From positions 1 through 36,959 of the forward strand of contig JAIXYF010000489.1 of NCBI GenBank assembly GCA_027490345.1: DNA of 36,959 nucleotides. Reading direction: 5' to 3'. The translations under genes and the position numbers were made by a program. Numbering within the stretch: the first letter of the stretch is position 1; each line of letters begins with the position of its first letter. The stretch is from Novosphingobium sp. (GTDB lineage Bacteria > Pseudomonadota > Alphaproteobacteria > Sphingomonadales > Sphingomonadaceae). This document shows, piece after piece, positions 29,992 through 36,959 of this stretch. The notes below the pieces were generated by a model that did not search any database, had not been told where the DNA came from, and worked only from the letters and a program-made list of their open reading frames with translations.

Positions 29992-32265
29992 ATGATCACC
30001 GCCGCTGCTGCTGCCCGCGCGATCCTGACTTCCCTTCACGAAGTCATGGCATCCCGCGCCGGTGCGCAGGCAAAACTAAACCGTATCGTCGACGTTATTG
30101 GCGAAAAGCTCGATAGCGAAGTCTGCTCTATCTACCTTCTGCGTGAAGGGATGCTGGAACTGTTTGCCACACGCGGCCTCAATCAGGCTGCGGTCCACGT
30201 GACTCGCATGGCGGTAGGCGAGGGTCTGGTTGGCACGATCGCGGCGAATATTGAAACGCTTAACCTCGCTGAAGCCGCAGCCCACCCCGATTTTGCCTTT
30301 TTCCCGGAAACCGGTGAAGAGCGCTTTCATTCGTTTGCCGGTGTACCGATCGTGCGCCGAGCGCGTGCTGTGGGCGTGCTTGGTGTCCAGCATGTCGAGC
30401 CGCGGCGGTATGAAGAGGTAGAGATCGAAGCCCTGCAGACCGTGGCAATGGTGCTTTCCGAACTGATCGCCAATGCCGATCTGATTGATGAAGAAGATGC
30501 CCTGGGTGCCGATGCTCATCTCACGGGCCACGAGCGAATTCCGGGGCTGACGCTGGTGAAGGGTCTCGCCAGTGGCATAGCCGTCTTTCATCAGCCCCGC
30601 GTGACAATCGAGCATGTGGTTGCCGAAGATACTGAAGCAGAGCGCCAAAGGGTCTATCTCGCGTTTGACAAGATGCGCGAGCAAATCGACCGCATGGCTA
30701 GCCAAGCCGAGTTCGGCATGGGGGGGGAACACGAGGAGGTCCTCGAGACCTATCGCATGTTCGCTTACGATGAAGGCTGGAGCCGCCGGATCAATGAAGC
30801 AATTGATTCGGGATTGACGGCAGAAGCTGCGATCGAGCGGGTGCAACAGCGCACGCGGATGCGGATGCGGCAGATCGACGATCCGCTGCTGGCTGATCGC
30901 ATGCACGATCTTGAGGATCTCTCGAACCGCTTGCTGCGCATTGTTTCAGGTCAGCTGGGAACAGCAGCAAGTCTTGGCCTCAAAGGCGATGCCATCCTGA
31001 TTGCCCGCAATCTGGGGCCGGCCGAACTGCTCGAATATGATCGGCGCCGTCTGAAAGGGGTCATTCTCGAGGAGGGATCGCTTACCGCGCACGTCGTGAT
31101 TGTCGCGCGTGCCATGGGCATCCCGGTCGTCGGTCGGATCCGCGCCCTTCGCGCCAAGGTGCGTGAGGGTGACCATTTGCTGCTGGATGGCGATCAGGGC
31201 GTGGTTGATATCCGGCCCGCTCCCACTCTGATTGAAGCTTTCGAGGCGCGATTTGCTCGCAATCGTGAGCGGCAGGCGCTCTATGCCGCACTTCGCGATG
31301 TCGAGCCCGTCTCGGCAGACGGACAGCGCGTCCATGTCATGATCAACGCTGGTTTGCGCGATGACATGCCAATGCTCAATCTGACCGGAGCAGACGGCAT
31401 CGGTTTGTTTCGCACAGAGTTTCAGTTTCTCGTCTCGGCCACATTGCCTGCGCGCGAGCGGCAGACGCGGCTCTATCGGGACGTGCTCGATGCTGCCGGA
31501 GATCGCCCCGTAGTCTTTCGCACGGTCGATATCGGCGGCGACAAGGTGCTTCCTTATCTTCGGCATAACGATGGCGAGACCGAAGAGAACCCCGCCATGG
31601 GCTGGCGCGCGCTGCGCGTGGCGCTTGAACGGGACGGGCTCCTCAAGGTGCAGGCGCGGGCCTTGCTGGAAGCCGCCGGTGGCCGCACCCTCAACGTTAT
31701 GTTTCCGATGGTTACCGAGCCATGGGAGTTTGATGCCGCGAAAGCCGTGTTCGAGAGCCAGCTGGCTTTTCTCAAGCGACAGAAGAAGCTTCTGCCAGAT
31801 GCCATTCGATATGGTGCGATGCTTGAAGTGCCAGCGCTTGCCGAATGGCTTGATGTACTGGCACCCCGCCTGTCCTTCCTCTCGATCGGCACCAATGACC
31901 TGACCCAGTTCTTGTTTGCCGCGGACCGTGCAAATCCGAAGTTGGCGGAACGGTACGACTGGCTCTCGCCAGCGATTCTGCGATTTCTTCGGCGTGTCAT
32001 GGTCGCGGTGGGGCCCGCGGGTACAGACGTGACCGTATGCGGCGAAATGGGAGGACGAAGGCTGGAGGCGCTGGCGCTGCTCGGGATTGGCATCACTCGG
32101 CTTTCGATCACCCCGGCTGCGGTCGGTCCTATCAAGGAACTTGTCCGAAAAGTCGATCTGCCATCCATTCGTGCAGCCATGAGCGGCTGGCTGGCAAACC
32201 CACCGGCAAATCTGCGCGCCGAAATTGCTGCCTGGGCTACAGCGCGCGGGATAGATTTTGATTGA
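29992..32265 (+). CDS. ptsP: PEP-protein phosphotransferase EI(Ntr) with N-terminal GAF domain
   Basis: GAF (EVCSIYL..LFATRGL), GSLTAHVVIVARAMGIP, GIGLFRTEF, DIGGDK, SIGTNDL, CGEMGG. Confidence 0.97.
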   Translation: MITAAAAARAILTSLHEVMASRAGAQAKLNRIVDVIGEKLDSEVCSIYLLREGMLELFATRGLNQAAVHVTRMAVGEGLVGTIAANIETLNLAEAAAHPDFAFFPETGEERFHSFAGVPIVRRARAVGVLGVQHVEPRRYEEVEIEALQTVAMVLSELIANADLIDEEDALGADAHLTGHERIPGLTLVKGLASGIAVFHQPRVTIEHVVAEDTEAERQRVYLAFDKMREQIDRMASQAEFGMGGEHEEVLETYRMFAYDEGWSRRINEAIDSGLTAEAAIERVQQRTRMRMRQIDDPLLADRMHDLEDLSNRLLRIVSGQLGTAASLGLKGDAILIARNLGPAELLEYDRRRLKGVILEEGSLTAHVVIVARAMGIPVVGRIRALRAKVREGDHLLLDGDQGVVDIRPAPTLIEAFEARFARNRERQALYAALRDVEPVSADGQRVHVMINAGLRDDMPMLNLTGADGIGLFRTEFQFLVSATLPARERQTRLYRDVLDAAGDRPVVFRTVDIGGDKVLPYLRHNDGETEENPAMGWRALRVALERDGLLKVQARALLEAAGGRTLNVMFPMVTEPWEFDAAKAVFESQLAFLKRQKKLLPDAIRYGAMLEVPALAEWLDVLAPRLSFLSIGTNDLTQFLFAADRANPKLAERYDWLSPAILRFLRRVMVAVGPAGTDVTVCGEMGGRRLEALALLGIGITRLSITPAAVGPIKELVRKVDLPSIRAAMSGWLANPPANLRAEIAAWATARGIDFD

Positions 32266-32385
32266 ATTCGTCGCGCTTGCGGCTCCTGTTGTGCGGCCCT
32301 CGACTTAAAGTCGTTGACATCTACGCCGTCCCCATGCTGCCTTTTGACCGGGTTCGCATCCTGTATCGAAAGTGCCCGGAAAACC

Positions 32386-33288
32386 ATGAACGATGGGAGC
32401 TACGCCGTGGCCGAGGACGGCGAAAGCCATATGGTCCCTGCCGATTATCCGCATAGGGCCGATTCGTCGGGCGGAAGCCCGCCGGCAACACCAGCCCCTC
32501 GCCCTGTTGGCGATGCAGCCAGTGTTTCGGCACGGCTGGTAGCGGCACGGCTGTCCTTGGGACTTGAAGCCAGCGATGTCGCCGTGCGCACAAGGGTGAC
32601 GCTGCGCCATATCGAGGCGCTCGAGGCAGGCAACTATAGCGCAATGCCCGGGCGCCCTTATGCCATAGGATTTGCGCGGGCGTATGCGCGGGCCGTGGGC
32701 TTGCCAGATGCGGAAGTTGCAGAAGCCGTAAGGGCCGAACTTGAGGGGGCGGTGCGGCGCCATGAGCCGCGAGTTGTCAACCAGTTTGAGGTCGGGGATC
32801 CGGCCAAGACCCCCTCACGTCTGCTGGGCTGGCTGGCTCTTGTTCTGGTTGGCGCTCTTCTTGCGATGGGCGGAATCTTCTGGCGAAGCTACTATGCGCC
32901 AGCCGTGCCGCTACCTGCCTTGACGAACGATGTCTCGCGCACTGCACCCACGACGACAAAGCGGTCGGCTCCTCGTCCCAGCGACGGGCCGGTTGTTTTC
33001 ACGGCGCTTGAGGAAGGCATCTGGGTCAAGTTCTATGACGGCCAAGGCAAACAGCTAATGCAAAAGCAGCTGGCGAAGGGGGAAACCTACACCGTCCCGC
33101 AAGATGTTACCGGGACCAGGCTTTGGACTGGCCGACCCGATGCGCTATCGATCACGATCGGGGGTCGGCTGGTGCCGCCCCTCGCCGATGCAGAAAAAGT
33201 GATAAAAGACATCCCGGTCGACTCAGCCAGTCTTCAGGCGCGCCCACGTCCTGCACCGTCAGCGCTGCCCGCCCCGGAAGGACGCTGA
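32386..33288 (+). CDS. rodZ: RodZ-like protein (HTH_25 + TM + DUF4115)
   Basis: HTH (VAVRTRVTLRHIEALEAG...GFARAYARAVGL), a single TM, and C-terminal LWTGRPDAL. Confidence 0.82.
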   Translation: MNDGSYAVAEDGESHMVPADYPHRADSSGGSPPATPAPRPVGDAASVSARLVAARLSLGLEASDVAVRTRVTLRHIEALEAGNYSAMPGRPYAIGFARAYARAVGLPDAEVAEAVRAELEGAVRRHEPRVVNQFEVGDPAKTPSRLLGWLALVLVGALLAMGGIFWRSYYAPAVPLPALTNDVSRTAPTTTKRSAPRPSDGPVVFTALEEGIWVKFYDGQGKQLMQKQLAKGETYTVPQDVTGTRLWTGRPDALSITIGGRLVPPLADAEKVIKDIPVDSASLQARPRPAPSALPAPEGR

Positions 33289-33408
33289 TGGACTCCGCCC
33301 GCAGCTAATCTGTGTGAAACCTTTGGACTCGCCGGTGCATTGTCAACCAGATGCTTGCGTGTGGACATCAAGACAGCGCATGGAAGCCGCAGGTCTCAGA
33401 CGGGAGTA

Positions 33409-34401
33409 ATGATGCGAATGACGTTTGGTTCAGGCCGTTCAGGTTCAGTCTTGGCCCTTGCATTCGGAGCTCTCACTTTGGCAGCGCTGCCTGCCGGGCC
33501 GATTGCCATTGCCAGTGCCCAGACGGCATCCGAGAGCACCGATGTCCGCCTTCGCCGCTTAGAGGCTGAACTGCGTGCCGTGCAGCGCAAGGTTTTTCCA
33601 GACGGCGCGGGCAAGTCCTATGGGGCCGAGCTTGTCTCTTCAGCTAATGGGGCGGGCGTCGCTGCTCCAGCGCTTGGACCGGCGCCCACGGGCCTGACCG
33701 ATCTTCTGACGCGGATGGATGCGGTTGAAGCGCAGTTGCAGCGCCTTACCGCGGCGACCGAAGAGAACCAGAATTATATCTCGAAACTCGAGGTGCGGCT
33801 TGCTGCGCTCGAGGCCGCCAAGTCGGCGGCCGCAAATGCTGCTGTGCCGGTAGGCCAGGCCGGGGCAGCCGGTGCGGTGTCGTCTGCGCCCTTGGCCGTT
33901 TCTGAACCGCCCAAGCCTGCCAAGTCGGTGCCCAAGCTGCCGGCGGCAAAGCCCGATGCATCATCCGATCGGGTGGCTGCAGTTCTTGCGGTGGAAAAGC
34001 CTGCAACCGACGACAAGGGTGAAGACGAATACGCTTACGGTTATCGTTTGTGGGAGGCCAAGTTCTTCCCGGAGGCGCAGCAGCAATTGCTGCGTGTCGT
34101 TCAGCAGTACCCCCGCCATGCCAGAATCAGTTACGCCCGCAACTTGCTCGGCCGGGCCTTCCTTGATGATGGCAAGCCGGGCACGGCTGCTCAGTATTTC
34201 CTCCAGAATTATCAGGCGGATCGCAAGGGTGACCGGGCTGCAGACAGCTTGCTTTATCTGGGCGTAGCAATGGGCCGGCTGAAAGAAGAGAAGCGTGCTT
34301 GTGTTGCCTTCGGCGAGTTTCGGCAGAGCTATCCTGCCGAGGCAACCGGGCGCCTGAAGTCGCAGTATGAGGCGGCTATCAAGCCGTTGACCTGCAATTG
34401 A
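33409..34401 (+). CDS. Tol-Pal associated CpoB/YbgF-like coiled-coil + TPR protein
   Basis: Signal peptide, coiled coil, TPR (YARNLLGRAF, AADSLLYLG, ACVAF); precedes tilS-ftsH; alternative ATG 33412. Confidence 0.8.
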   Translation: MMRMTFGSGRSGSVLALAFGALTLAALPAGPIAIASAQTASESTDVRLRRLEAELRAVQRKVFPDGAGKSYGAELVSSANGAGVAAPALGPAPTGLTDLLTRMDAVEAQLQRLTAATEENQNYISKLEVRLAALEAAKSAAANAAVPVGQAGAAGAVSSAPLAVSEPPKPAKSVPKLPAAKPDASSDRVAAVLAVEKPATDDKGEDEYAYGYRLWEAKFFPEAQQQLLRVVQQYPRHARISYARNLLGRAFLDDGKPGTAAQYFLQNYQADRKGDRAADSLLYLGVAMGRLKEEKRACVAFGEFRQSYPAEATGRLKSQYEAAIKPLTCN

Positions 34402-34441
34402 TAGCGCACAGCGCAACCGCTTTCTGGCGGACTGGAGAGCG

Positions 34442-35371
34442 TTGCAGGCTGAACCAGCGCCCGTAGGTCTTGCTGTCTCCGGTGGCCCGGACAGCCTGGC
34501 GCTCCTGTTGCTTGCCAATGCTGCATTTCCCGGTGGTTTCGAAGTTGCAACGGTTGATCACGGTATCCGGGCCGAAGGTGCGGCTGAAGCTATCACCGTA
34601 GGACGCATTTGCACACAGCTGGGAATTCGCCACGCCACCTTGCGCATCGATCTAGGTAGCGGCCCTGCGCTGCAGGAGCGGGCGCGCAAGGCTCGCTACA
34701 GCGCGCTTGGCGAATGGGCGATGACTCGCGGTCTTCAGGCTATCGCAACGGCGCACCACGCAGATGATCAGGCGGAAACCGTGCTGATGCGGCTAGCCCG
34801 CGGAGCCGGGGTACGTGGTCTGGCGGGGATGCGGGCACACGCGTGTGTGCCCGGGTGGCCTGAATGCGCCTTGCTGCGCCCCCTGCTCGGCTGGCGGCGA
34901 AGCGAGCTTGAAAAGATTGTCAAGCAAGCTGGAATGAAGGCTGCGGTTGATCCATCAAACACTAACGATCGGTTTGAGCGGGTTCGGATGCGCAAGATGC
35001 TGGCCGCCTTTCCGGCACTTGATCCCGCATTCGTTGCGACGAGCGCAAGTCACCTCGCGCAAGCCGATTCTGCGATCGAGTGGGCAACGCAGCGCAGTTT
35101 CGCATCTGCGGAAACGCATGAAGGTGTCGTGTATTGGGCGCCTGCGGACACGCCCCGCGTGATTGCGCTTCGCATACTGGAGCGGATCTTGGCAAGGTTT
35201 GGCGCGGGAACTCCCCGCGGCAACGCTATTTCGCGTTGGCACGACCGGCTTGCTGCAGGCAAAGTCGCGACACTTGGCGGTGTGCGGGGTGATGGGCGCA
35301 GCAGCACATGGCGTTTTGCCGCCGCGCGCGCACCTCGCTTTCGGTCCTCGCAGGTTTCAGAAAGTCCCTAA
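34442..35371 (+). CDS. tilS: tRNA(Ile)-lysidine synthetase
   Basis: AVSGGPDS PP-loop, VDHG, ARKARY, TAHHADDQAET, RPLL, DPSN; the true start may be upstream (see findings). Confidence 0.95.
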   Translation: MQAEPAPVGLAVSGGPDSLALLLLANAAFPGGFEVATVDHGIRAEGAAEAITVGRICTQLGIRHATLRIDLGSGPALQERARKARYSALGEWAMTRGLQAIATAHHADDQAETVLMRLARGAGVRGLAGMRAHACVPGWPECALLRPLLGWRRSELEKIVKQAGMKAAVDPSNTNDRFERVRMRKMLAAFPALDPAFVATSASHLAQADSAIEWATQRSFASAETHEGVVYWAPADTPRVIALRILERILARFGAGTPRGNAISRWHDRLAAGKVATLGGVRGDGRSSTWRFAAARAPRFRSSQVSESP

Positions 35372-35399
35372 GGGCAAGAAATTCGCATAATGGGTTATA

Positions 35400-35426
35400 T
35401 TGCCATTCCCCAACGGCGTCCTACAT
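35400..35426 (+). promoter_or_regulatory. RpoH (sigma32)-like promoter for ftsH
   Basis: TTG-N17-CCTACAT resembles the alphaproteobacterial RpoH consensus; ftsH is a typical heat-shock gene. Confidence 0.5.
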
Positions 35427-35462
35427 TGAAGGAGTAGTTTTTCCCGGATCGAGAGCCGCGCC

Positions 35463-36959
<1,497 letters not shown>

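Overview
This window is core chromosome from a GC-rich alphaproteobacterium; gene order and protein sequences look sphingomonad (Novosphingobium-like, by inference). It very probably spans the replication origin: a 347-bp gap with several DnaA boxes lies between divergent hemE(-) and the DUF299/PpsR gene(+). On the left are hemJ-rho-BLUF; on the right are maf-aroE-coaE-dnaQ-hpf-ptsN. Further right lie a SleB-type hydrolase, purH-heparinase II/III-rpe, a myo-inositol-1-phosphate synthase next to an IPCT-like nucleotidyltransferase, DMT, OYE, CitE-like, lipB, MFS, a CDP-alcohol phosphotransferase with nadA, DUF4230, an MBL hydrolase, rcdA, two DUF465 genes, and ptsP-rodZ-cpoB-tilS-ftsH (partial). 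I saw no rRNA, tRNA, IS element or CRISPR array. The most notable observations are: a candidate CDP-inositol route to inositol lipids or solutes; the oriC architecture; a T16 tract at the start of ptsN; triplicated stop-codon junctions; an in-frame TGA in the DUF4230 gene; a long structured leader before the cell-wall hydrolase; and a small ORF missing from the ORF track.
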